NCBI GenBank assembly: GCA_043228905.1
Contig: JBHGNT010000021.1
Span: forward strand, 11,284,001-11,348,000
Direction of reading: 5' to 3'
Source of the DNA: Azolla caroliniana
Taxonomy: Eukaryota; Plantae; Polypodiophyta
DNA: 64,000 nt
The position numbers were made by a program, and so were the translations under genes. Each line of letters begins with the position of its first letter. Within the stretch, counting starts at the first letter, position 1. The notes below the pieces were generated by a model, which saw nothing but the letters and a program-made list of their open reading frames with translations, did no database searches and was not told the origin of the DNA. Below are positions 12,568-23,968 of this stretch, piece by piece.

Positions 12568-13297
12568 GATTAGCTTGAGGGGGAGTGTTGAGCATCAAGC
12601 TCAACCGGAGCCGGATCGGCTGAATAAGCCTGAGCCGGTAAGCGAGACGAATCGGTATGCCGGTGAGCAACCGAGCTGGTAAGCAGTAAGGACCGGTAAG
12701 CAAGAGGAGCCGATATGCCGGATCCAATCCGTAATCGGAAGCCTAGTATAGGTTAGACTACTAGGCAGTTATAGTCTCGTAGTTAGTGTCAGATGCTCGT
12801 GTGAGCATTGAAGTACACCGTACTTCTAACAGAGCACAGAGTATTAATATAATCTTGAAAAATAGAGTGTTTTGCTCTCTCACTCTCTGTCTCTCCCGCG
12901 TACTCTCTCTCTCTCTCTGTGTATATTGTTCTTTATAACGCTTCCGCAAGCAATCTTTTACAATATCCGACTAGCTTCCCAACTATACCGTGTCGGTATA
13001 ACAATCCCCGGTCCTTCGTGCCGCTCACATATCGCAATAGTCGATGCGTGCACTGAAGGTACTCCATGGTCGGCTTTGGCATCAATTGGCTTATCACCCG
13101 ACTGGATAACTGATGCCAGGTCGAGTGATCATCAAGTATATATGGCTTCCGACAATTTGTCAGAACCATTTCTCATCGCAGGTCGGGCCGAAGTCGGGAC
13201 GTAACTTCAGGTTCCGGTCCATGGGTGCGGAGATCAGTCGACATTCCGTCATGCCGAACTTGTATAACATATTCAACACATAATGTCATGATATGGA

Positions 13298-13352
13298 AAG
13301 ACTCGAACCCATGACCTTATGTTACATGGGTCGAGCTCTTACCATTAGGCTA
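13298..13352 (-). promoter_or_regulatory. tRNA-like A/B-box module, antisense at the U3 start of G/L LTRs (copies ~38847-38900 and 61510-61564)
   Basis: Minus strand TAGCCTAATGGTAAGAGC...AGGTCATGGGTTCGAGTC. Confidence 0.65.
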
Positions 13353-15009
13353 TGTATTGTAATACGAAGGATATTATTTTCATTTATGTTTTACTATAGA
13401 AAATTTATGTATATTCCAGATTTCTCTAGGACATTCTAGAAACTTCAAGAGTACTCTTGAGAACACTATAAAAGGAGGCACAAGGCATTATTTTGAACAA
13501 AATCGGTTCAACGCTAGTCTTAAGACTCTTAGCTACTGTTGTATTTTCCCTTAACATAATATATCTTTTGTTATCCTCATTCTCTCTCTCTCGATCTCTC
13601 TCTCCCCCCCTCACTCTTTCCTTCCCTCGAGAGTTCTACGCCTCCCTTTGTACTAATCCTCATCTTTTAGTACTAATTCCTTCTCTGTTTTAGTACTCCA
13701 CTTTGTGGCACGGCTTTGGCCTGGTTCGCCCCCCTATTAGAAAAAAGCTCTCGCTTGTTAATTAATTTCGAAGAGTTTATTACCGAGTTTAAAGCTTGTT
13801 TTGGAGATACCAACAGTGTTAGAACAACAATCAACAAAATCCGAAGATTGCACCAAGGTGAGAGGCCGGCCTCAGCTTATGCTGTAGATTTCTATCTTCT
13901 CGCCACCGATATTCCCTAGGATGACCAGGCACTAATGGAGCAATCTCGTTTTGGCCTATGTAATCATGTTAAAGCTTTACTTTTAACTTTCCATGAGGAG
14001 CCAAAGTAATTGACAGAAGCAATCAGTCGTGCGGTGCGATGCGATAATTGTCTCTTTGAACAATGTTCGGAACATCAGTTTCCAATGCCTAGGACAAGAT
14101 CAGAGCCCAACTATGCTTCAATCGTAACAAAGCCTTTTCCAAAGGAGTCATTCAATACGTCTCCAACAAATACTCTGACTCCAATGGAAATCGACACCAC
14201 ACGTCATCACGGACCACTATCGAAAGAAGAAAAGCAGTGACGTAGGTCAAATCGGTTATGTCTTTATTGTGGTGGACTGGGGCATATTGCAGTGAACTGC
14301 CCCTATCGGCTGAAAAGGCAGGTAAATCAAATAATCACTAGTTCTAATAGTACTAAACCCGAGTCTATTTGTCTAGGTGTGTTTGATAGTCCTAATAGCC
14401 CAAGCCTTTCAAAAAATTTGAAATCCTTAGTCAACTAGAAGAAGAGTTAAACGATTAAGTCCACCCAAAATGGGAGTCGTTTGGTTGGACAACCCTAGAT
14501 CTGTGCAGCCCATTAGTGGTTCCATTTCCTCTAAGCAAGTTAGCAATGTTACCACTAGGGCCAGACAATGGCCTAACATAGGGTGTCCCTTTGAGGCAGT
14601 TCACCAAAGGGGTGTTGCGGTGAGATAGAGTTAGACCGACTATTAATGGAACCCTAATTGGTTACTAGCGGCAATATCATTAGTCACAATACACGCATAG
14701 GAAAAATTACACTTAACACAGAATGGTAATTAACAATGATTAAGATATAGAACAACAACACTGTATTAATTATTCGATGATGATTACAATCTACGAACCG
14801 CCGGTCCGGATCCGGATCGACATACCAACTCCGGGTCCGTCCATTCGCTTCTCAAAATCATAATAATTCTATATTGTAACATTATAACTAATCAGCTCCC
14901 AGTTATTAATTATCCCCCTTTTCCCATTCTGGACTTCCCTTGCAGGCCGTCTAACACATGACACGCCCGTGGGACAGTACCTTGTACATCGAAGACCACG
15001 ATCCGGCCT

Positions 15010-18000
15010 TCATTCTTCCTCCAAAATGTCCAAAATTCTTTGATCTAAGGGTTCTAATGGTTCCTTGGGAATCTGTACTGTCGTCTATTGCTATTGTTGT
15101 TCCTCCTCCTCCTGTTCCTGTGGCTGTGGCTGCTCTTCTTTCCGCTACGGTGCCAACTGAGGTTGCTGCTGGTTGACATCCATTGCCTGCGGCTCCATTG
15201 GTCTGACCAGCTTTGTCTCCTTTTCTGGCTCAACCGGCCTTGGCGTCTCCTGGCTCTGTTGTCCGGTGTGCACCGGTTCCTATGGATGACCTTCCTCTAG
15301 CGGCTCCTCCTGAGTACTCTATGGTTGGCTTCCCCCGGCTTTAACCGGCGTTTGTTCTTAAGATGGCTCCTCGTCACTGATGCAAATCGCCGCTGTTTTC
15401 TTGGCCACTTCTTGCCGTCGTCGTTCCCATTCGTACTTTTTGAAACAGAGTCGGTTGTCCAACTAGTCATCATCCAGTTGTGCCACCAACTAGCGTACCG
15501 CCACCCTCTGCTCATCAACCAAGGATATGAAATCATCCGCAAGTTCCTCTTTTATTGCTTCAATGCTTTCTTTATCCAGGATGTAAACTTTGTCGCCCTC
15601 TTTCCACTGGTTCTCCACATCTTCCCGTAGCAATTGTAGCTCTACTGCTTGCTTAGCCCACTTCGACCACCATTGTACTGAGCTTTCTTCCACCAATTGC
15701 TTGATTCGATTCCTCCATGCCAGTACAATGTCCTGGATCCGCCCCAACCCCATCTTCGACTTGTTTCCCATGGCCTGTTTTTCGTCCTCCAATTGTTTGA
15801 TCAGGCTTGCGGTTGCCACTTCTTGGCTTCTGTAGTGCATGAGTTGGGTCTGATATGTCCTCCGAACTCTGTCCAGAGCCATTGTAGCGCGCTCCGTTTT
15901 CGCATGGTGCTGCACTTGCAGGTCCAATCGCTCTTTCGCTGCTGCCGCTAGTTGTTTCGCTTGTTCAACTCCCTTCGACTGCTCTTCCATCAATGTCATC
16001 GTCAACTGGTTAACTTCCTCTTGGAGTTCTTTGCAATTTTCATGCTGCCGGTCACTTTTGGTAGTCAATTTCTTATGATCGGCATCCAAATGCTTATAAT
16101 CCCGGTGCAGTCGGTTGAAGTCGTCGGTTTTTTGTTTGAGCTTTTGATTGATCAGCTGGCGAGCGCGGTCCTCACGGTCTTTTTGTTGCCGGAGCTCTTC
16201 TTTGAGGCGCTCAATCTCTACTTCTGCCATCCTCCAAAGTTTCTCTTTTTCTTGTAGGAGTTTGTCTTTCTCTTCTTTCAGCCAGTCATACGCTTGATGA
16301 CCTCTTCTCAAGCTTTCCTCTGTTCGGCAGAGGCTGTCGGCCGTTCTCCTTTGTTCTTCCTCCGCCGCTTTTTTCAATTCTCGTTCCCTGGCTCGTAAGG
16401 CTTCTTGTGCTGCCAGGTCTTCCCTTAGTGTGGCGAGCTCCTGTGCTAACGATTTATGAGTATTTGGGCGTGCCGCCGTCACAGGGGTTTGATCGTTCTG
16501 TAGAGTTACCGGGGCCACCGGTTCCGATTGCTGCGGTCCTTCTATGACCAACTTGGCCATTTTTGTTCTGGCCTTCTCTATGTCTTCTTCCATGCTTCGG
16601 ATTCTTGACCAGGCCATCTCTAATTCCTCGGTTGTGGCTAGCAACCGGGCTTCTTGCGCTTTCTCTTTCGCTTCTAACTGGCAGACAACACCAGTCACTT
16701 GTTCTGCTACCCATCGGAGCCATCGACTGCCGGTGCCTTATGGTCATGCCGAGTCTAGTCGTGGGATGCCGTTTTCACTATTCACGAGCCTACTATTGAC
16801 GGTTACGTCACACGGCCGCTCCGGTTCTGGCTGTTGCTGCTGCGACGGTGATGCGGGCAATTCAATGACCGGTTCTTGATCCACTGGTACTGTCGTGTCC
16901 TGGACAGCTGGTTCCATGATGTCCTGCCGCCGCACTTGCTCCGTCCCCGATTCTTGTTGAGCCAGTTCTGTTGCCTTCCTCGGTTGCGGCTCCTCAGGGA
17001 GGGGTTCCCGTATACTGTCCTCTGTTAGCTTGGATGTCCCCCCTTCATGGCCCTTTTCACTTGTCTCGCGACGCCGTAGTAGGGTCTCGGTCAGCTCGTC
17101 TTCCTGCTGGTCTTCTTCTAGGGTCTTGTTGTTGATTAACGCCACCAAGGGGTCCTGCCCCTGCGTTTTCTCCAGTTGCTGTTCTGCTTGTTGTTCCGAC
17201 AGGCGCAACTTGATTTTCAATGGTCTCCCCGAGGTGTCTACCGATGCCTCCTTCTCTTCCAGCCGCTTCCGATTAGGCCGTTCCTTCACCTGGGTAGCCA
17301 GGAGTTGCCGCCGTTTTGAAGTTGCTTTGGGGGTTGATTCTGTCGGTCTTCCCCTCTTCCTCTGTTTCATGGGCTCCACCGGCGGTGCTAATAGAGTGAG
17401 CCATTGCGCCACTGTTGTCCACATCTTTTTGCCCTCTTTTATTAAGACGATGGCAACGCTCAGGCCGTCAGCAATCATTACCAGCCAATCCACCTGTACT
17501 TCCTCGTAGGTGGCTATGATCAAACTGGCTCTACTCCTGGGCATCGTCGGTGGTCGGGGGTATACATGGCCATACTCGTGGAGTACCCGAGCAATTTCCC
17601 GAAACAAAAGGTCTTCACCGCCTTTCGTGCGGTACGCCTTGCTGCCCAGGGAGTAATCCCCAAAATACCTCGTCAACAGATTCTGCGAAGGGTTGTCGAT
17701 CGAGTAGATTCCCCCTTCCGGTAAGCCGATCATAGCTCGGATGGCTTCCTCGGTGATGAACTCCGTGTCGATATCTTTAACGACATTTTCCGCATCTCCA
17801 TGCGGTGGTGCTTCAACTATTTGCAAGAATCCCTCTAGACCGTGTTGCTTCAACCATTTCTTAGCCGCTTCTGAGAGTACCATGCATTCCATGTCGTCGT
17901 TGGAGTCGGTAGGTTCTGGTAAGATGGGTGCGCTTGTGTGTTTTGCGTGCTCTCGCCTGATCACTCGTAATCGCCTGTGTACGCCGAGATCTCTATGTTC

Positions 18001-18045
18001 ACAAAATGAAAGGGACTCTGCGCGCCGAAGGTTTTCTTTCTCCAT
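15010..18045 (-). pseudogene. Extra ORF of F, ~1011 codons in one frame, broken by nonsense codons: globular N-terminus, linker, long coiled coil, acidic tail
   Basis: The 433-aa ORF, the 402-aa ORF and the tail to TGA at 15010-15012 share a frame. Stops are TGA/TAA/TAG, consistent with C>T changes. A homologue lies at 1-582. Confidence 0.8.
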
Positions 18046-18490
18046 GCGTCACACCTTTTCTTGATTCCCGTGCATGCACGTCCGGTACTGATATAGCAGT
18101 CGGTTGACACGTGGTGCGCCTTTTTTTAAAGGCTTTAATTAGCCACCCACCACACCTTTTCAAAGTTCTCGTTCGCTCCTTGCCTCTACATGATGACTTT
18201 TCTTTCTTTTTTTCTTTTTTTCTTTTTTTCTTTTTTCTTTTTTTCTTTCCAAATTGAGTTTTAGTTAACCGGAAGCACCTGTTTGTCGTTATCCGGTAAT
18301 GCCGGCTCTGTCTGACTGTTGGGTACTTCTTTCCTGCTTCCTACTGTTGTATTCGCCTCCATCTACTCGAACGGATTTCGTGGCATAGGTCCACAATATG
18401 GTTTGAGTCGAAACCCATTGACCCATTTGCTCAGTATCTCATCGGCGAGCCTTCCAAGCTGGTATGAACCGTTGAGTTCCCGTGTTATTC

Positions 18491-19327
18491 GCACACTACG
18501 TGAAAAAGTGCATTTATTGGTCTCTCCGGATAGGACATGGAGTACCTGGTGAGAACCGGAAGGAGGAACCAGTAAGGACCGGACCCGGTAAGGAGACCTG
18601 GTGAGAACCGGATGAAGAAGGTCGGTGAGAGTCTCTCACCGAATGAAGAGACATATTTGTAAATAGAAGAAAGTATTAAAATATATATTCCATGCATAGG
18701 GCAATATTCAAACCTTGCACCTCCATGTTTATAATGTAAAGCCTTACCATTACACTAACATATCATTAGTGTTAAAAAAGTAAACGTCCCACATAGAAAG
18801 GTAAGTTCACGCTAGGATAAACTTTAGTTAGAAGAAAAAGCATGATAAAAGAAAAAGCTACGCATGCACATGTAGCGTGCATGAACACCATAATCGATAA
18901 AAACGCATCAAGTTAGAAAAGGTGGATCACTTTAGAAAAAGCAAGTTAGAGAAAGCATAGAGTCTATCTATAGAAAAAGCATGGATTGTTAAGACTCTCT
19001 CATCACTATATAAGGATGAGGGTATGTGAAATATTTAGGAAATTGGATATATTTCCTAAAACACCTATAATTAATCAATTATATTCGTGGGATTCACGAA
19101 GGTTTCCATATCTCTCGCTCCCAATCTATGATAAATTGTTATTAGGATTCTAAATATTAATAAATCTAATAATCTATACTTGTGGGATTCACAAATTTCT
19201 ATATCTCTTTCTTATAATCTATTCATATTCATATTCTTATTAGCCTTAAAACTCTCCTCCTCCTAGTCTAAAACCCCAACGGTTCCCACCAGACTCACGC
19301 AACTATCTGGTGCCGAAAGGCACCACA
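18491..19327 (+). repeat. Solo LTR, family M (left end deleted), inserted in F integrase
   Basis: Similar to 40532-41363 (CACTACGTGAAAA, GTGGGATTCAC repeats, end GCCGAAAGGCAC.ACA); splits RWIGP|..ITRELNGSY. Confidence 0.85.
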
Positions 19328-20486
19328 ACGGTCCAATCCACCGGAACCGTAGCTTTCCCGGCATCTGACCCATCCGGGTCTGGAACACTAGTACCGGCTT
19401 GCCGATCCCGAACACATCTTCTCGTTGCCCTTCCGGTGTTGATCGAGAAACGCCTTCCTTCGTCACTGCTCTAGTTCCAACTACATGAGACTTGCTATCT
19501 AATGCTCCTCGAGTTCGCATAATGCGGCTAACCGGATTTTTTCCAATTCCTTTTCACTTAGTTGTTCTCTAACCTATATCCGCAAACTTAGAACCTGAAA
19601 TTCGATTGGCATTATTGCTTCAAGCCCAAATGCTAACTGGAATGGTGTTGATCGGATACTCGTTTTGTATGTCGTCCGGTATCCCCATAGTGCACTATGC
19701 AGCTTGGTGTCCCAATGAGTTCGGTTTTCATTGACGATGTCGAGATATTACGCTAGTGCGTATAGAAACGAGGCGGGACCGCGGGGGTCTTGAACCGAAG
19801 AGCAAGCGAGGGTGGAGAAAGAGAGAGGACCGGTTACGCGGGACCGGGGATACACAGGGACACGGCCCTTCAACACAGAGAACGCGAACAGACGTCGACA
19901 CAGGTAGACGCAAACAAATGAATATAAATGTATATATATGAGCAAATATCTGATCAAGAAGCTACAACCCGCGATGGGGCACAGGATGGTTACAACCGAA
20001 CAGGCCGGCGAACAGATGCCGATGCCTGTTCGCTGTGTCGCACAAAAGGGAGCAGGTCGGAGGTGCTGCCGGAAGCACTCAGGCGTTCCTCGGAACAGCG
20101 CGAGCCTCCTCGAAAACCCTGCACAGGAAAAGCTATGGAGGAAAAGAAGGAGAATAGAGAGCGAAGCGTCCAGAATCGGTCCGACAGCACTTCGTCCTCT
20201 CTGCGCGATCCCCCCCGTTCTCCCCCGTCCTCCTCCTTTTTTTTGTCAAGAAGGAGCCGTTCGGCATTAAATTCCTACCTACCGTATCTAACCACTTCGA
20301 TCCTCCTAGGTACCTAATTCGCCTCTATGTACAACTTGGCGCGCACGTGCGTGAAGAGCCGGTTCCCACGCCTCGGTGCCCCAATTCCACCCTTGGACGG
20401 TTTTCTTCACGACATCCGCCCCCACCTAACCGCGCATCCACCGGCATGCGCCAAATTAAGTTGGGACGGAGAAAACCGGCCCGCCT

Positions 20487-23400
20487 TCATTCTTCGCCCA
20501 TCGGTCCTTCCTCGGTCTCGGATCGGTCGTCGCTGCTGTCTAGGAGAATCGGGTCTGGCTCGTCGTGGTGTCGCTTCTTGAAGGCTTTGATCCTCTTTCC
20601 AGCCACGGGTATCGCCATTCTCGTGCCGTCGAGTTCCGCCAGGTGATACGTCCCGTTGTCGTTGGCGCTTTGTACCGCGTACGGCCCAAACCATCTCCGC
20701 GCGAACTTCCGTGTAGCCCAATGCTGGTTGTCGAGGCTGCTGTCGTAGACGAGCACCCAGTCACCTTCCTCGATCTTCTTCGGTCGGAGCCGGTGCGTTC
20801 TGTCGAACCTGGCTTTGTTCTTTGTCCTCGCCACCCGGAGCTTCTCCGAAGCTAGCTCCACGTCCTCTGGTCTCCGCTCGAGTTGTCGTATACACGCGGC
20901 CAACAACTCCTCCCGGCTCATCTCGTCCCTCCAGCCGACTGTTGCCCATGAGGAGATCGTCCGTTCCATCGGCATGATCGGTTTCTGGCCGAACATGAGC
21001 TCCGTCGGCATGTACCCAGTTACCGAACTCTGCGTAGTCCGGTCTGCCCACAAAGCATAAGGTAGCAGCCGCGGCCAGTTACCGACTTGGCCTCCGCATG
21101 CCCGAACCAGCGCCTTGACGATCGGCCCGTGTCCGCGCTCCACCTTTCCATTTGCCTCCGGATTGTACGCAGTGGTGAGCGAGAGCTTGACTCCCAGCCG
21201 GTCGAACAGCTCCGCGGCTTCTTCGGCGTCCAACTCCCCTCGGTCAGCCACGATCTTTCCGACGCACCCGTACCGGCATATCACGTCCTCGATTAGGAAC
21301 CGACATACGGCCACGGTCGTTTTGTACTGAAGGGCTCGGCCTTCCACCTGGTTCGTCAGATCCTCCCGTGCTAGGACCAGATACCGCATCTGTCCTACCC
21401 CCATTGGCATCGTTACCAAATCTACCATCCATTTGAAGTGGATGGTCGGAGGGTACGTAGGGTGAAGCTCATCCCGGTGTCGGACTACGGAGTGCATCTG
21501 ACAATTTTCGCAAGTCGTCACGAACCGACGCACGTCCCGGTACAATCCCGGCCACCAATACTTCCCCTTTAGTTTCTCGAATGTGGCCCACGTTCCACGG
21601 TGTCCAGCCCAAGGGCTGTCGTGGTAGGCCGCCAGTAGCTCCTCCTGTTCCTCCTTCGTCGCCACCACCCGGAGCAGGACGCCGCTCCTCTTCTTCGGGT
21701 GTTTCCATAGATAGCCATCCCGGAGAAAGAAGCGGTACGCTTTCTTCCGGATCCGGTTGGCCTCGTCTTTCGTCCATGACGCATCCGGCGCCATTGTCCT
21801 CAAGAACCCGCCGATCCGCAGCCACTCCCCGTCGTACTTGCTCGCGTCGAAGTCGTTAAGCACCGGAGTGCTCGTCCCGCCTGTTGTTACGTATGCTGCC
21901 TCGAAGAAGTCCATGCCGACCTCTTCGTCCTCCGACACCATGCCGCCCTCGTCATCGAACCTCGCCCTCGAAAGCATGTCGGCCATGGCGTTGTCTTTCC
22001 CGGAAATGTGTCGTATTTCCGGGTCCAGGGACTTGATGTACGCTATCCACCTGAGCATTGCCAGGTCCGGCGTCGCGCATCCGGAAACCATGCCGAGAAT
22101 TGGCAGGCAATCCGTCTCGATAATCACTTCTGTCCCGATCAGATAGTCTTTGTCGGCCTTTACCGCCGAAACGATACCCCAGAGTTCGCGCTTAACCTGG
22201 GCGTATCCTCGCTGCCGCTCACTAAGGACTTTCGCGTCGAATCGGATCAGAAACCGATTGCCATCCTCGTCTTGTTGGTTGACGACCCACCCGATTCCGG
22301 TCGGACTCGTGTCAACCGTTATGTATACTGGGGTGCCCTTCTTGTAGACGGCCTTCCGGAGCGCCGGTGCTGCCGAAAGAGCCTCCTTCAGCTTCCGACC
22401 GACTCCGTGTGCTCGTCAAGCCATTCGAACCTTCGCCCTTTCTTCAGCAACCCGTACAGCGGCTCCACGACGTGTGCATAATGCGGGATCCATATGTGGT
22501 AGAACGCGCATGCTCCCAAGAATCTTCGTACTTCCGTGACCGAGCTGCAGTCGGGCTTCATCGCGGAGATGGCTTCTACCTTTGCCGGAGACGGTTTCCG
22601 GCCATATGGCCCACATAAGTGTCCGACCACCATGATTTCCGACTGCCCGAAGGCTGATTTCTCCCCCGAGAAGGTGAGCCTCGCATCCTCTAGCCTTTGC
22701 AGCACCTTCTCGCAGTCGTCGATGTGCGTCGCCACGAATCGCCGACATCCGTCCGGCCCGATCGTCTCATCCTTCTCTGCTACCGGGCATCCCTTGATCG
22801 GGACGTCGTCCAGAAACGGCATGGTGATGTCCGGGATGCAGTCCCTCAGAACCTTGTTCATTGCATTCACCATGTGGGCCACCGAGTTGGTCCCTCCTTG
22901 CGGCAGCGTACACATCCACACTAGGCCGAGGGGAGTTCGCATCGTCGTGATGTCTCTGCTCTCCACGGCTAGCTGGAACTGGTCGTACCCTGAGTATAGA
23001 TCACCGACCGAGTAAATCGACCTTCCGGCGAAGGCCTCTGCGAACTCGTCTATTGTCGGTCCGATCCCTGCGTTCCGAATGGTCACCCTATTGACCGGTT
23101 GCAGGTCCTGAATGAAGCGCAATGATCCGTTTTTCTTTGGTACGGTAAACCATCGGTTTGAATACGGGGCGCTCGATGGCTCGAGAATGCCCATATCAAC
23201 TTTCTGCTTCAACAGCTCCATCAACTTAGGGATGTGAGCTCTCGGAACCGGAATTGGCTTGAGATTCCACGGTACATGCGGTACCGTGAATATCACAATC
23301 GGCTCTACGATTGTCGGGTCTACGCACCCGATTTCCTCCGGTGAGAATGCGAAGGCTTTCCCGTGCCTTCCGAGCATTCTCCGAAACCGGTCTTCCTCCG

Positions 23401-23968
23401 CCGGTAGTAGGAACCCGCCCCCACCGATTTTGAGCTCCCGGAGCGTCTCGTTGGTGAAGGTGTGTCCTATGCGGGCCGGATCTCGTAAACTGGGGTTTGA
23501 CGCAACCCCTCTGATCCGGGACTCGCTGCCCTCCGGTAAGGGTGCCGCGACTGGCCTTACCTTCCGGTCCACAGTCTTGTACTTTGTGCTCACTCGGGCC
23601 GTCCGATCCGACCCGAGCCCCCGACTGAAGTCCGCGATGACTTCGTACATTTCTTCGGAACATACCGGTATCGTCCGGTCTTCGTTAAGGTCTTCTTCGA
23701 CTACCTTCCCCAGCATTCCCAAGGTGTCGTCGAAGGAGACCGCCTCCATGGCTCCGTTGATTTCCTCGTCAGGGCCGAGAACTCCGCACGCTCGAAGTCT
23801 CCCCTCCGTCCTTGTCTTCTCTCGGCCGGCGATGCCGACTATCGTACATGCTCCGCTGTCGGAGAAGCAAAATTTCCTACCTATTGTACACGGTCTTATC
23901 GTACAGATGTGAGGTTTTCCCGGAGCATCCAGACTGTCGCGGCCCCACGCCTTGGCAGTCCTCTCTAA
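20487..23968 (-). pseudogene. pol: RT-RNase H-integrase of E in the -1 frame, with a single 1-nt deletion near 22397
   Basis: LPQG..FLDD, VDTSP (RH), H..GH..C..C and DDE integrase motifs. The frame is open from the end of gag; GTCGGAAGCTG would read VRKL with one more C. Confidence 0.9.

Larger units (their letters stand above)
6302..12962 (+). mobile_element. Copia C, internally deleted (no PBS, gag, PR or INT); LTRs 6302-~6712 (truncated) and 12586-12962
   Basis: Perfect TSD ATATC (6297-6301, 12963-12967); RT motif LLYVDD, RNase H, and PPT TGAGGGGGAG at 12576-12585. Confidence 0.92.

Noticed and set aside
13298-13352. Functional tRNA genes at the A/B-box modules
   Set aside because: Acceptor and anticodon stems do not pair; reported only as tRNA-like promoter modules.
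15490-16698. Host myosin/SMC-like gene or env
   Set aside because: Lies between F pol and its LTR, is intronless, has a TE-borne homologue at 1-582, and shows no transmembrane segment or signal peptide.
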